This document shows positions 34,479-48,417 of a DNA stretch of 64,000 nt, one piece after another. The notes beneath the pieces were generated by a model. It was given only the letters and a program-made list of their open reading frames with translations, was not told the origin of the DNA and did no database searches. The stretch comes from an uncultured delta proteobacterium (lineage in GTDB: Bacteria; Myxococcota; Myxococcia; SLRQ01). The translations under genes were made by a program, and so were the position numbers. The stretch covers positions 864,001 through 928,000 of the forward strand of contig CAVSGM010000001.1 of the NCBI GenBank assembly GCA_963727485.1, read 5' to 3'. How positions within the stretch are numbered: the stretch's first letter is position 1; the number at the start of each line of letters is the position of its first letter.

Positions 34479-35771
34479 TCAAGGGAACTGGGTGAAGAAG
34501 TCCGAGAGGTCCTGGGTGCCCGAGTCGGCGGCGTGACCGAGGAGCGGGTGGACGTCGAAGATCTCCTCGATGGTCTTCAGGGTGGAGCTGTGGTCGTACT
34601 TGATGTTGTTCGAGTAGCCCGGCGCCTTGGCGTAGGGCGAGAGGATGATGAAGCCGATGGGGCAGTTGGCCCCCAGGCAGGAGAAGCTGAACTCGCTCTC
34701 GTCCCAGGTGATGATCAGCAGCCCGCCGTCCTGGTACGCCTGGGAGGCGAGGATCTTCGGCACCTCGTGGGAGAGCCAATCGTCGCCCTGCTTCACCTGG
34801 TAGTCGCCGTTGGGCACCACCGGCTTCGGGTTGCTGGTGCAGTCGTTGTGCATGTCGTCGCAGAGGTTCGGGGTGATGAAGTTGTACTGGGCGACGGTGT
34901 TGTTCTGGAGGTCGGTGGCCAGCTGCGTGTAGGGCACGTTGTGGGCCATGCAGTAGGCGTCGTGCTTGTCGAGGTTCCCGGTGCTGTCGTCGAAGAAGAG
35001 CATCGGGTCGTGCTTCGGGGCGTAGAGCCCGTGGCCGGTGAGGGGGCAGGTGGTGCCGTCGATGTCCTCCTGGTACGAGCGCCAGGTGACCCCGGCGGCG
35101 TCGAGGAGGGTCACCAGGTGGGCGGTGGTGTTCTGCACGTTCGACGAGGGGTCGTTGTCGTTGCTGATGCCGAAGTTGGTCCCCGCCTCGAGCCAGATGT
35201 AGTTGGGCTCGCTGGGGTGGACGCCCGGGGCGCTGTGGTAGTCCTCGGCGTGGACGCCGTCGGCGAGGAGGGTGTCGTTGATGTAGGGGGCGCTGCTCTT
35301 GCCCTTGATGTCGTCCCAGTTCTTGTTCTCCATCACGATCATGAACACGGTCTTGATGTGATGGCCGGCGATCCCGCCGGTGCCGCCGTCGGGAGTGCCG
35401 CCGTCGACGGTGCCGCCGCTGCCGCCGTCGGTGGTCCCGCCGTCGGTGACGCCGCCGGAGCCGCCATCGGTGGTGCCGCCGCTCCCGCCGTCGGTGACGC
35501 CGCCGGAGCCGCCGTCGGTGGTCCCGCCGCCGGAGCCGCCGTCGGTGGTGCCCCCACCGGAGCCGCCGTCGGTGGTGCCCCCGCCGGAGCCGCCGTCGGT
35601 GGTCCCGCCGCCGCTGCCGCCGTCGGAGTTGGTGCCCCCGCCCTTGCCGTTGCCGCCACCGTCGGCGCTGCCACCGCCGCCGCCTCCGCCTCCAGCCACC
35701 GGGGGCGAGCCGCAGCCGGCGACGGCGAGGACGAGACCGAGGATGAGGACGAGGCTGCGGGACCGGGTCAT
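34479..35771 (-). CDS. Phosphoesterase-family (acid phosphatase-like) lipoprotein with TTDGGSGG linker
   Basis: VFMIVMEN, HPSEPNY, KHDP, ITPNLCDDMH, ITWDE and DHSSTLKTIE. Confidence 0.85.
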   Translation of the reverse strand: MTRSRSLVLILGLVLAVAGCGSPPVAGGGGGGGGSADGGGNGKGGGTNSDGGSGGGTTDGGSGGGTTDGGSGGGTTDGGSGGGTTDGGSGGVTDGGSGGTTDGGSGGVTDGGTTDGGSGGTVDGGTPDGGTGGIAGHHIKTVFMIVMENKNWDDIKGKSSAPYINDTLLADGVHAEDYHSAPGVHPSEPNYIWLEAGTNFGISNDNDPSSNVQNTTAHLVTLLDAAGVTWRSYQEDIDGTTCPLTGHGLYAPKHDPMLFFDDSTGNLDKHDAYCMAHNVPYTQLATDLQNNTVAQYNFITPNLCDDMHNDCTSNPKPVVPNGDYQVKQGDDWLSHEVPKILASQAYQDGGLLIITWDESEFSFSCLGANCPIGFIILSPYAKAPGYSNNIKYDHSSTLKTIEEIFDVHPLLGHAADSGTQDLSDFFTQFP

Positions 35772-35915
35772 GTGGGGCTCCTTTGGCCGCAGGGGCCAAG
35801 ACTCGCGCACTCTGGCAAAGGAGGCGCTGACCTGGGAAGGCGCCCCCGGGACATGTAAGCCGCTGTCGCACCCGTTCCTGGCGTCCCCGGGCGGCCCGGG
35901 CTACCACTGCCCCCC

Positions 35916-39908
<3,993 letters not shown>

Positions 39909-39979
39909 TGCGCGGAAGGTACCCCCGGGGCCCGGGGTCGGCAAGGGCCGCCTCGACCGGGCCCGTCGCCGGGGCGCCT

Positions 39980-40969
39980 TCAGGACCGGTCGAGCAGCCG
40001 CATGGAGTGGGCCGGGTACCGCTCGCCGGCGACGGCGTCCGGGGGCACCAGCTGGTCGAGCTCGGCCAGGTCGATCTCCGAGAGCGTGAGGTCCTCGGCG
40101 GCGAGCGCCGCGTCGAGCTGCTCGGGGGTCTTGGCGCCGATCAGCGGCACCACGTCCTCCCGGCGCCCGGCCCAGGCGTGGGCCACCGCCACCGGCGTGG
40201 TCCCCCGGGCCCCGGCGAACTTCCGCAGGCCCTCGACCAGCTCGAGGTTGGCCTCGAGGTTCTCCTCGGCGAAGCGGGGGAAGCCGGCGCGGCCGTCGCG
40301 CTGGCGCAGATCGGCCAGCGACTGGATGCGCCCGGAGAGCAGCCCCCGGGAGAGCACCCCGTAGGCGACCACCGTGATCCCCAGCTCCTCGCACGTGGGC
40401 AGGATCTCGTCCTCAATCTCCCGGGTCACCAGGGCGTACTCGATCTGCAGGGTCGACACCGGGTAGATGGCGTGGGCGCGGCGGATCGTCGCCGCCGAGG
40501 CCTCCGAGAGCCCGAGGTGGCGCACGTGGCCCCTCTCGATCCACTTGGCGATCTCGCCGACCACGTCCTCGATGGGGACCTTGGGGTCCACCCGCGAGGG
40601 CACGAAGAAGTCGATGTAGTCGGTCCCCAGCTTGTTCAGGCTCTGGGCCAGGGCGTGGCCCACGTAGGCCGGGGACATGTCGAAGCCCCGCCAGGCGCCC
40701 GAGGGATCGCGCAGGGCCCCGGTCTTCACCGAGAGCACCACGTCCTCGCGCCGCCGCCCCTCGAGGGCCCGGGCGAGGAGCAGCTCGTTGTGGCCCATCC
40801 CGTAGAAGTCCGCCGAGTCGAGGAAGGTGATCCCGCGATCCAGGGCGTGGCGGATGGCCGCCACCGAGGCGTCGTCGTCGACCTGCCCGTAGCTCCCCGA
40901 CAGCGCCATCAGCCCGGCGCCGAAGGCGCTCACCAAAGGCCCGTCCTTGCCCAGTCGCTTCGTCTTCAT
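39980..40969 (-). CDS. Aldo/keto reductase
   Basis: FLDSADFYG, LGTDYID, GLSE, LQIEY and PLIGAK. Confidence 0.9.
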   Translation of the reverse strand: MKTKRLGKDGPLVSAFGAGLMALSGSYGQVDDDASVAAIRHALDRGITFLDSADFYGMGHNELLLARALEGRRREDVVLSVKTGALRDPSGAWRGFDMSPAYVGHALAQSLNKLGTDYIDFFVPSRVDPKVPIEDVVGEIAKWIERGHVRHLGLSEASAATIRRAHAIYPVSTLQIEYALVTREIEDEILPTCEELGITVVAYGVLSRGLLSGRIQSLADLRQRDGRAGFPRFAEENLEANLELVEGLRKFAGARGTTPVAVAHAWAGRREDVVPLIGAKTPEQLDAALAAEDLTLSEIDLAELDQLVPPDAVAGERYPAHSMRLLDRS

Positions 40970-41616
40970 TCGGTCTCCCGCGCCCGGCTCTGCAGCGTCT
41001 CGTAGGGGACGATGCCCCCGTCGGCCAGCACCGCCACCACCTCGGCGACGCAGCTCTCCACGTCCAGCGCCCCGGTGTCGAGGACCAGCTCCGGGGACGC
41101 CGGCGCCTCGTAGGGATCGTCGACGCCGGTGAACCCTCGGAGCTCGCCGGCGCGGGCCTTGGCATAGAGGCCCTTGGGGTCCCGGCCCTCGCAGACCGAG
41201 AGCGGCGTCGCCACGTGGATCTCGAAGAAGGGCACCCCGGCCTCGTGGTGGCGCGCCCGCACCCGGTCCCGGTCGGCGGCGTAGGGGCTGATGAAGCTCG
41301 CGAGCGCCACCTGCCCGCTCTCGGCCAGCAGCAGCGCCACCTCGCCGGCGCGCCGGATGTTCTCGGCCCGATCGGCGGCGGAGAAGGCCAGGTCGCCGCA
41401 GAGCCCGTGGCGCAGGTTGTCGCCGTCGAGTCGGAAGGCGGGCACGGCGAAGCCCACCAGGTGGGCCTCCACCGCCGCGGCCACGGTGCTCTTCCCGGAG
41501 CCCGAGAGGCCGGTGAACCAGACGGTGGCGCCCCGGTGCCCCAGGGCGGCCCAGCGCCCCTCGCGGGTGAGGTGGCCGGCGTCCCAGGTGAGGTGCCTGC
41601 TCTTGGGGTCGGACAT
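40966..41616 (-). CDS. cysC: Adenylyl-sulfate kinase
   Basis: WFTGLSGSGKST, LDGDNLRHGL, ISPY and RDPKGLY. Confidence 0.93.
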   Translation of the reverse strand: MSDPKSRHLTWDAGHLTREGRWAALGHRGATVWFTGLSGSGKSTVAAAVEAHLVGFAVPAFRLDGDNLRHGLCGDLAFSAADRAENIRRAGEVALLLAESGQVALASFISPYAADRDRVRARHHEAGVPFFEIHVATPLSVCEGRDPKGLYAKARAGELRGFTGVDDPYEAPASPELVLDTGALDVESCVAEVVAVLADGGIVPYETLQSRARETE

Positions 41617-41688
41617 GGCTGCGAAGCCTAGCGGGAAACCACGCCAAGGTCATTGACGGCGCGCCTCCGGTGACGCACCCATGCCGAC

Positions 41689-43356
41689 ATGACCTACGAA
41701 CGCCCCGAGGTGAAGGCCCCCCGGCTCTCCGGCCGCGCCCTCAAGACCGTCGCCGCCCTCGCCGAGCGCCCCCTCGCCGGCGCCCTCATCCGCCGGCAGA
41801 TGCTCGCGGGCCTGGGCTTCGACGGCTTCCGCGCCGCCGAGGTGGACGGGCCGCCGACCTTCCTCCCGAAATTTCCCGCCGGGGACGCGCCAGGCGCCGC
41901 CCCGGACCTGGACGCCCTCCTCGACCACCCGGGCGAGGGCGGGCCGTTTGCCACCACCGCCGACCTCCGCGCCGCCTACGCCGCCGGCGACACCGACCCG
42001 GTGGCCGTCGCCGAGCGTGCCTACCAGGCCATCGAGGCCTCGGATGACGGCGTGAGGCCCCTGCGCGCCTTCGTGGCCCGGGATCGGCAGCGGGCGATGG
42101 CCGAGGCCGAGGCCTCGCGGCAGCGGTGGCAGGACGGCAAGCCCCTCTCGCCCCTGGACGGGATCCCGGTGGCGGTGAAGGACGAGCTCGACGTCGAGGG
42201 CCTGCCGACCACCGTGGGCACCAGCTTCCTCGGCCACCCCCACGCGAGTGCCGACGCCACGGTGGTCGCCCGGCTGCGCGCCGCCGGGGCGGTGGTCCTG
42301 GGCAAGACCAACATGCACGAGATCGGCATCGGGGTGACCGGCGTGAACCCCCATCACGGCGCCTGCCGCAACCCCTACGACCCGGGCCACGTCACCGGTG
42401 GCTCCTCGAGCGGCTCGGCGGCGGCGGTGGCGGCGGGGCTGGTGACCATGGCCGTGGGCGCGGACGGCGGGGGCTCCATCCGCATCCCCTCGGGCCTCTG
42501 CGGCGTCGTTGGCCTCAAGGCGACCTTCAGCCGGGTCAGCGAGCACGGCGCCGCGCCGCTGTGCTGGTCGGTGGCCCACGTGGGCCCCATCGGCGCCACC
42601 GCCCGGGACGTCGCCGCCATGTACGCGGTCATCGCCGGCGCCGACGACGCCGACCCGAACACCGCCGGCCAGCCGCCCCTGACCCTCGACGGCTTCGAGG
42701 ACACGGACCTCGAGGGCGTCACCTTCGGGGTCTACCGCCCCTGGCTCGAGGACGCCGACCCCGAGGTGGTCAAGGTGGTCGACGCCGCCATCGCCGGCTT
42801 CAAGGCCCAGGGCGCGGCCATCAAGGACATCGAGCTGGCCGACCTGGTGCTCCTGCACCAGGCGCAGCTTTGCACCATCGTCTCCGAGATGCTCTCCGCC
42901 CACGCGGGCTACCGGAAGACCCACCTCCACGACTACGGCCTCGACGTGCGCCTGAACTTCGCCGTGGGCGGCGAGCTCACCAGCGAGGACTACGTGAAGG
43001 CCCAGCGCCTGCGCACCCGGGGCCTGAAGACCTTCGGCAAGGTGCTCGCGGGGGTGGACGCCATCGTCACCCCGGCCACCGCCATCCCGGCGCCGGCGAT
43101 CAACGAGGCGAGCCTCCCCGACGGCGAGTCCAACCTCTCGGACCTCGACGCCATCATGCGCTTCGCCACCGTGGGCAACCTCCTGGGCTACCCGGCGATC
43201 AGCTTCCCCGGGGGCTACACCGCGGCGGGGCTGCCGGTGGGCGTCCAGCTCATCGGCCGGCCCTGGGAGGAGCACCGGCTCCTGCGCTTCGCCCACGCCG
43301 CCGAGGCCTTCGTGGAGCGGCGCGAGCCCAAGTGGCACCGGCGCCTCCTGGGCTGA
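41689..43356 (+). CDS. Amidase signature family enzyme (FAAH-like)
   Basis: PVAVKD, GKTNMHE, GGSSSGS and DGGGSIRIP. Confidence 0.92.
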   Translation: MTYERPEVKAPRLSGRALKTVAALAERPLAGALIRRQMLAGLGFDGFRAAEVDGPPTFLPKFPAGDAPGAAPDLDALLDHPGEGGPFATTADLRAAYAAGDTDPVAVAERAYQAIEASDDGVRPLRAFVARDRQRAMAEAEASRQRWQDGKPLSPLDGIPVAVKDELDVEGLPTTVGTSFLGHPHASADATVVARLRAAGAVVLGKTNMHEIGIGVTGVNPHHGACRNPYDPGHVTGGSSSGSAAAVAAGLVTMAVGADGGGSIRIPSGLCGVVGLKATFSRVSEHGAAPLCWSVAHVGPIGATARDVAAMYAVIAGADDADPNTAGQPPLTLDGFEDTDLEGVTFGVYRPWLEDADPEVVKVVDAAIAGFKAQGAAIKDIELADLVLLHQAQLCTIVSEMLSAHAGYRKTHLHDYGLDVRLNFAVGGELTSEDYVKAQRLRTRGLKTFGKVLAGVDAIVTPATAIPAPAINEASLPDGESNLSDLDAIMRFATVGNLLGYPAISFPGGYTAAGLPVGVQLIGRPWEEHRLLRFAHAAEAFVERREPKWHRRLLG

Positions 43357-43388
43357 CGCCGGCAGCGGGCCCCAGGCACCGACGGGAC

Positions 43389-44033
43389 CTACACCCCGTC
43401 GGCGGTGAACCCGTTCTTCGCGTGGGTGCCGTCGCAGAACGGCTTGTTCCCGGACCCGCCGCAGCGGCACAGGGCCACCTTCTGCCCGCGCCAGATCGGG
43501 CGGCCGGTGCCGGCGCAGATCTCCAGGTTGCCCAGGATCACCAGCGGCCCGTTGGCCTGGGGCCGGACCTCCAGCGGGCCGCCCCGGCTCTCCAGGGTGG
43601 CCACCTCGCCGGTGGCCGGCTCGCCGGTCGCCTCGAAGTCCACCTCGTGGTGGCTGCCATCGCAGAACGGCTTGTGCTTGGAGGCGCCGCAGCGGCAGAG
43701 GGTGGCGCGGAACGTCTCGTGCTCGCCGACGCGCAGGTCGGCGCGGATCGCCAGGGGCCCGTTCTGGAGGACCTTGAGATAGTTCACCGGCGGCCGGTGC
43801 TCCTCGTTGCCACCGTCGGGCCGGCGCACCTGGATGGCGCCGGAGGGGCAGGCCTCGGCCAGCGCCAACAGCTCGGCATAGGTCGCGGCCTCGGGGTGGA
43901 TCCACTCGCCCTCGACGTTGGGCACGAAGACGTCGGGACGGTTGAGGACGCAGTTGCGGGAGTGGATGCACCGGCTCCCGTGGAAGAGGAGGGTGGCGTG
44001 GGGGCGGGCGATGGTCTCGACGTCGTCGCTCAT
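43389..44033 (-). CDS. Iron-sulfur protein: divergent 4Fe-4S domain plus two CDGSH domains
   Basis: CIHSRNC...CPSGAI, LCRCGASKHKPFCDGSH and LCRCGGSGNKPFCDGTH. Confidence 0.9.
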   Translation of the reverse strand: MSDDVETIARPHATLLFHGSRCIHSRNCVLNRPDVFVPNVEGEWIHPEAATYAELLALAEACPSGAIQVRRPDGGNEEHRPPVNYLKVLQNGPLAIRADLRVGEHETFRATLCRCGASKHKPFCDGSHHEVDFEATGEPATGEVATLESRGGPLEVRPQANGPLVILGNLEICAGTGRPIWRGQKVALCRCGGSGNKPFCDGTHAKNGFTADGV

Positions 44034-44121
44034 GGTGTTTCGAGTGTACGTCAACCTCGGGGCGCGTCGGCGCAACGCTCCGTTCTCCGCGTGGCCAACC
44101 GCTGCGTGGCATCCTCCGCAC

Positions 44122-44427
44122 ATGACCCGAATCGATCAGACCGTCGACCTCTCCGATCCCTGCGAGCACGTCACCGCCGAGATGCCCCGCCAGGTGACCC
44201 GTCCGGCGCCCGGCTGCGAGGACTGCCTGAAGACCGGCGGCCGCTGGGTGCACCTGCGCGTGTGCCTCACCTGCGGCCACGTGGGCTGCTGCGACAGCTC
44301 GCCCAACCGCCACGCCACCGCCCACTTCCACGGCACCGGCCACCCCGTCATCAGCTCCGCCGAGCCCGGGGAGACCTGGGCCTGGTGCTACGTCGACGAG
44401 CGGGTGCTCACCAGCGCCCGGCGATGA
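44122..44427 (+). CDS. Stand-alone UBP-type zinc finger protein
   Basis: CEDC...WVHLRVCLTCGHVGCCDSSPNRHATAH. Confidence 0.88.
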   Translation: MTRIDQTVDLSDPCEHVTAEMPRQVTRPAPGCEDCLKTGGRWVHLRVCLTCGHVGCCDSSPNRHATAHFHGTGHPVISSAEPGETWAWCYVDERVLTSARR

Positions 44428-44872
44428 CCACCCCGGGGGCGAGGCCGCCGTGGGGGGTGGCCAGCGCCGTGGGGGTGACGGTGACCGCCGGCGGGTGCCT
44501 CGTGATGCCGTAGATCGACCAGGCCAGCGATCCCAGGCAGACCGCCGAGATGAGGTACGCCCCCGGATTCTTCAGGGACGCGGACGCCTGGGGGCCGCCG
44601 TAGAACGCGGCCGCGGCCCCCAGGGTGAGCAGCGACCAGGTCGCGGTGCCGGTGATGCTCCAGACCAGCCGGGCGTGGCCGGTGTTCGCGAGCTCGACGC
44701 CGAGGATGAGGTCGGTGGCGCCCCCGAGGAGGACCACGGGGGTGGCCAGGATGACCACCATGCCCTCCCCGGCGAGCTGCAGGCCCGAGCCGCCCTGCTG
44801 GGCGAGGGCCGGCCGGGGGGCGACCGCGAACACGAGGACGAGGGCGAGGGGGAAGACGATGGCGCTGCGCAT
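44408..44872 (-). CDS. Hypothetical membrane protein
   Basis: Signal peptide plus hydrophobic segments. Confidence 0.6.
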   Translation of the reverse strand: MRSAIVFPLALVLVFAVAPRPALAQQGGSGLQLAGEGMVVILATPVVLLGGATDLILGVELANTGHARLVWSITGTATWSLLTLGAAAAFYGGPQASASLKNPGAYLISAVCLGSLAWSIYGITRHPPAVTVTPTALATPHGGLAPGVVIAGRW

Positions 44873-44884
44873 GGGTGGGGCCTA

Positions 44885-44900
44885 AGCAAGGCCCATGCCG
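44885..44900 (-). promoter_or_regulatory. Putative sigma54 -24/-12 promoter
   Basis: Minus strand CGGCATGGGCCTTGCT versus consensus TGGCAC-N5-TTGC. Confidence 0.6.
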
Positions 44901-45024
44901 TGACGGCAGAGACGTGGTGCGTCAGCAATAGTGGAAGGTTGCGGGACCCATGACGGACTCAACCCGCGACCTGCATGTCATGGCTGGCCAGTCGCCGGCC
45001 ACCGCGCGGTCCGGCGGCACCGGG

Positions 45025-45545
45025 TCAGGGGCAGCTCGGCGAGTCGAGCCCGAGAAGCTGCAGCCCGCCGCGGGCCGTCGCGGCGAGCACCCAGGTGTGG
45101 TCGCCGGGCGGGAGGGGCGCCGGGCCGTTCAGGGTGACGCCACAGTCCGGGTTGCCCAGGACCTGCTGCGCGGCGCCGTTGACGGAGGCGCGGATGCTGA
45201 AGAAGCAGGCGGTGATGCCGTTCGCGATCTGGAAGGGGCTGGCGCCGTCCGGGGAGAGGGTGCCGAAGTCGAGGTGGTTCCCGTTGGCCTCCCGGAAGGT
45301 GAAGGTCACGTTGCCCAGCGGCACGGTGCCGGCGTTGCAGGCCCGGACCCGGACCTGGGTGCCCGTGCCGCCGTCCGTGGCGTGGTGCCGCCGTCCGTGG
45401 CGGTGCCGCCGTCGGCGTTGCCGCCGCCCCCGGTGCCCCCGTCCATGGTGGTGCCGGCGTCCTGGCCGGACGGGGAGCCGGGGCCGGGCCCACAGGCGGC
45501 GACGGTGACGAGGAGGATGACGGCCAGGCTGGTGTTCCGGGACAT
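45025..45545 (-). CDS. Hypothetical lipoprotein; frameshift near 45380
   Basis: Lipobox VAAC, DGGT linker, then a Cys-containing beta domain in another frame. Confidence 0.55.
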
Positions 45546-45640
45546 GCGCGGACCATACAGGCTCCCGGCGCAGGTACAACGCCCGCCTCCTTACGACCGG
45601 GGCGGGCGACCAGCGCATGCTCGAGGGCGGGCGAGGGCGC

Positions 45641-46822
45641 CTACTCGTCGTCGAGGTCGCTGGCCCGGCGGACGGCGTCCCTGCCGAAGCGCGCCCGGAG
45701 CCCGTCGAGGGTCCGGTCGAGGTCCCGGCGCCGGGCGGTCTCCCGGGCCCCGAAGAGCCCGAGCTGCGCCGGCGCCGCCCCCTCGATGAGCTCGAAGGCG
45801 GCGAGGCCCACCAGGCGCATGGGCTGCCGGAGGTCCACCTCGTCGAGGAGCGCCACCGCGGTCTCCAGGAGCGGCCCCGCCGAGTCGGTGGCCTCGGGGA
45901 GCATCCGCTGGCGGGTGAGCAGGCGGAAGGCGGCGGTCTTGAGCTTGAGGCGTACCCCCCGGGCGACGAGGTTCGAGGTCCGGAGCCGGCGCGCCACCTC
46001 GTCCGCCGACCGCCGCAGGTGGGGGGTGATGGCCGCGGCGCCGACCACGTCGCGCTCGAGGGTGTTCTCCGAGCCCACGCTCTTGGCGGCGTGCTCGGGG
46101 ATCACCTCGCGCGGGTCGTCGCCGCGGGCGAGGCGCCAGAGGTGGGGGCCGAGGCTGCCCAGCGCCTTCTGAAGGCGCGCGGGGTCCGCGGCGGCGACGT
46201 CGGCGATGGTGTGGAGGCCGAGGGCCTCGAGGCGCGGCGCGCTCTTCACGCCCACCCCCCACAGCCGGCTCACCGGCAGCGGCCCCAGGAACGCGTCGAC
46301 CGCCGACGGCGCCACCACCGTGAGCCCGTCGGGCTTGTCGTAGTCGCTGGCCACCTTGGCCACGTACTTGGTCCCGCTCACCCCCACCGACACCGTGAGC
46401 CCGGTGGCCTCGCGCACCGCCCGCTTGAGCCGGCGCCCCATCTCGTCGGGCGCGCCGAAGAGGCCCTCGGCGCCGGTCATGTCGAGGAACGCCTCGTCGA
46501 GGGAGAGCGCCTCGACCTTGGGTGAGAAGTCGTGGAACACCGCCATCACCTGGCGCGAGACCTCCTGGTACCGCTCGAAGCGCGGCCGCACCACGAGGGC
46601 GTCCGGGCACCGGCGACGGGCGAGCGCCATGGGCATGGCGCTGCCCACCCCGAAGGGCCGCGCCTCGTAGCTCGCCGTGGCCACCACCCCCCGGGGTCCG
46701 GGGTGGCCGATGAGGAGCGGCTTGCCCCGGAGCTCCGGCCGGTCGAGCTGCTCCACCGCCGCGAAGAAGGCGTCCATGTCCGCGTGGAGGACCACCCGGG
46801 GCCAGGAGGGGGCAGGGGGCAC
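45641..46822 (-). CDS. dinB: DNA polymerase IV
   Basis: HADMDAFFAAVE, ASYEAR, SLDEAFLD, KVASDYDKPDG and LWGVG. Confidence 0.93.
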   Translation of the reverse strand: MPPAPSWPRVVLHADMDAFFAAVEQLDRPELRGKPLLIGHPGPRGVVATASYEARPFGVGSAMPMALARRRCPDALVVRPRFERYQEVSRQVMAVFHDFSPKVEALSLDEAFLDMTGAEGLFGAPDEMGRRLKRAVREATGLTVSVGVSGTKYVAKVASDYDKPDGLTVVAPSAVDAFLGPLPVSRLWGVGVKSAPRLEALGLHTIADVAAADPARLQKALGSLGPHLWRLARGDDPREVIPEHAAKSVGSENTLERDVVGAAAITPHLRRSADEVARRLRTSNLVARGVRLKLKTAAFRLLTRQRMLPEATDSAGPLLETAVALLDEVDLRQPMRLVGLAAFELIEGAAPAQLGLFGARETARRRDLDRTLDGLRARFGRDAVRRASDLDDE

Positions 46823-46945
46823 GGGGGCATGGTGGCACCCGGCCGGGCCCCGGGCAACGGGCCCGGGCCGCATCCGTTGCGCCCGCGCCGCGCCCAGGGT
46901 CATGCCCCGGCTGATCCCGCGCGGCGATGGTGATAGAGCTTGGGC

Positions 46946-47332
46946 ATGTCCCCGGAAGCGGTCACCCGCGGCATTCGCGTCCTCGTCCGATCCCAGTTCG
47001 TCCCCGAGCGGTCGTCGTCCGAGGAAGGCCTCTACTTCTTCGCCTACCAGGTGACCATCCACAACGACGGGGAGGAGCCGGTGCAGCTCCTCTCGCGCCA
47101 CTGGGTGATCACCGACGGCATGGGCCGCACCGAGGAGGTCCGCGGCCCGGGCGTGGTCGGCGAGCAGCCGCGCCTCGAGCCCGGCGAGGCCTTCCAGTAC
47201 ACCAGCGCCTGCCCCCTGCCCACGCAGATCGGCGCCATGGAGGGCACCTACCAGATGCTCACCGACGAGGGCGAGCGCTTCGACTGCGCCATCCCCGTGT
47301 TCACCCTGGCCATCCCCGACGCGCTGAACTGA
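46946..47332 (+). CDS. apaG: ApaG protein
   Basis: QLLSRHWVITD, GPGVVGEQP and YTSAC...MEGTYQM. Confidence 0.93.
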   Translation: MSPEAVTRGIRVLVRSQFVPERSSSEEGLYFFAYQVTIHNDGEEPVQLLSRHWVITDGMGRTEEVRGPGVVGEQPRLEPGEAFQYTSACPLPTQIGAMEGTYQMLTDEGERFDCAIPVFTLAIPDALN

Positions 47333-48354
47333 TGCCTCGCCACCCCTTCGCGCCGCCGAGGGGCACCTTCGCCCACGTCGACGTCCCCTCGCGCCACCTC
47401 GAGGGGAACCTCCTCGGCGACCCGGCCACCCGCCGCGTCTACGTCTACCTGCCCCCGGGTCACGAGAACGGCGGGCCCTATCCCCTGCTGGTGGATCTCG
47501 TGGGCTTCACCGGCAGCGGCCCCAAGCACCTGGCCTGGCGGGCCTTCGACGAGTCCGTCCCCCAGAAGGTCGACCGCCTGGTCGCCGAGGGGAAGATGGG
47601 CGAGGTCGTCGTCGCCTTCCCCGACTGCTTCACCCGCCTCGGCGGCAACCAGTACGTGGACTCGCTGGCCATGGGCCACTGGGAGGGCTTCCTCCTCGAC
47701 GACATGCTCCCCGCCCTGGAGCAGGCGTTCCCCATCGCCAAGGGCCGCGACCACCGGGGCGTGTTCGGGAAGTCGAGCGGTGGCTACGGCGCCATGGCCC
47801 ACGCCATGAAGCACGGCGACGCGTGGGGCGCGGCGGCCTGCCACTCCGGGGACATGGCCTTCGAGTGGTGCTACCTCCCGGACTTCCCCGGCGTCCTCGA
47901 CGCCCTGGCGAAGCACGGCGGGATCCCGGGCTTCCTCGACCACGTGGACGAGGCCCGGAAGGTGGGTGGCGGCGACCTCCACGTGCTCATGACCCTGGCC
48001 ATGGCCGCCACCTACGACCCGGACCCCCGGGCGCCCTGCGGGGTGCGCCTCCCGGTGGACCTGACGACCTGCGAGCTCGATCCCGAGCGGTGGGCCGCCT
48101 GGCTCGCCCACGACCCGGTGCGCCTCGCCGACCGGCCCGAGGTCCAGGAGAGCCTGGGGTCGCTCGAGGGCCTCTATGTCGACTGCGGCGACCGGGACCA
48201 GTACCACCTCCACTACGGGGCGCGGCAGCTGGTGGCGAAGCTCGAGCGCGCGGGCATCGCCCACCGCTACGCGCACTTCGACGACACCCACTCCGGGGTC
48301 GACTACCGGATGGACCAGTCGCTGCCGTTCCTCTACGCGGCGCTCGCGGGCTGA
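47332..48354 (+). CDS. Putative esterase (alpha/beta hydrolase)
   Basis: VYLPPG, GKSSGG nucleophile, DCGDRDQY and FDDTH. Confidence 0.85.
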   Translation: MPRHPFAPPRGTFAHVDVPSRHLEGNLLGDPATRRVYVYLPPGHENGGPYPLLVDLVGFTGSGPKHLAWRAFDESVPQKVDRLVAEGKMGEVVVAFPDCFTRLGGNQYVDSLAMGHWEGFLLDDMLPALEQAFPIAKGRDHRGVFGKSSGGYGAMAHAMKHGDAWGAAACHSGDMAFEWCYLPDFPGVLDALAKHGGIPGFLDHVDEARKVGGGDLHVLMTLAMAATYDPDPRAPCGVRLPVDLTTCELDPERWAAWLAHDPVRLADRPEVQESLGSLEGLYVDCGDRDQYHLHYGARQLVAKLERAGIAHRYAHFDDTHSGVDYRMDQSLPFLYAALAG

Positions 48355-48417
48355 CCCGCCGGGGTCCGGCACCGGGCGTCTGGCCCAGGCCACCGGCGCG
48401 GGCTACCCTCGGGCGCC

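Noticed and set aside
35390..35640. Short tandem DNA repeats (CCGCCGTCGGTGG...)
   Set aside because: They encode an ordinary TTDGGSGG flexible linker.
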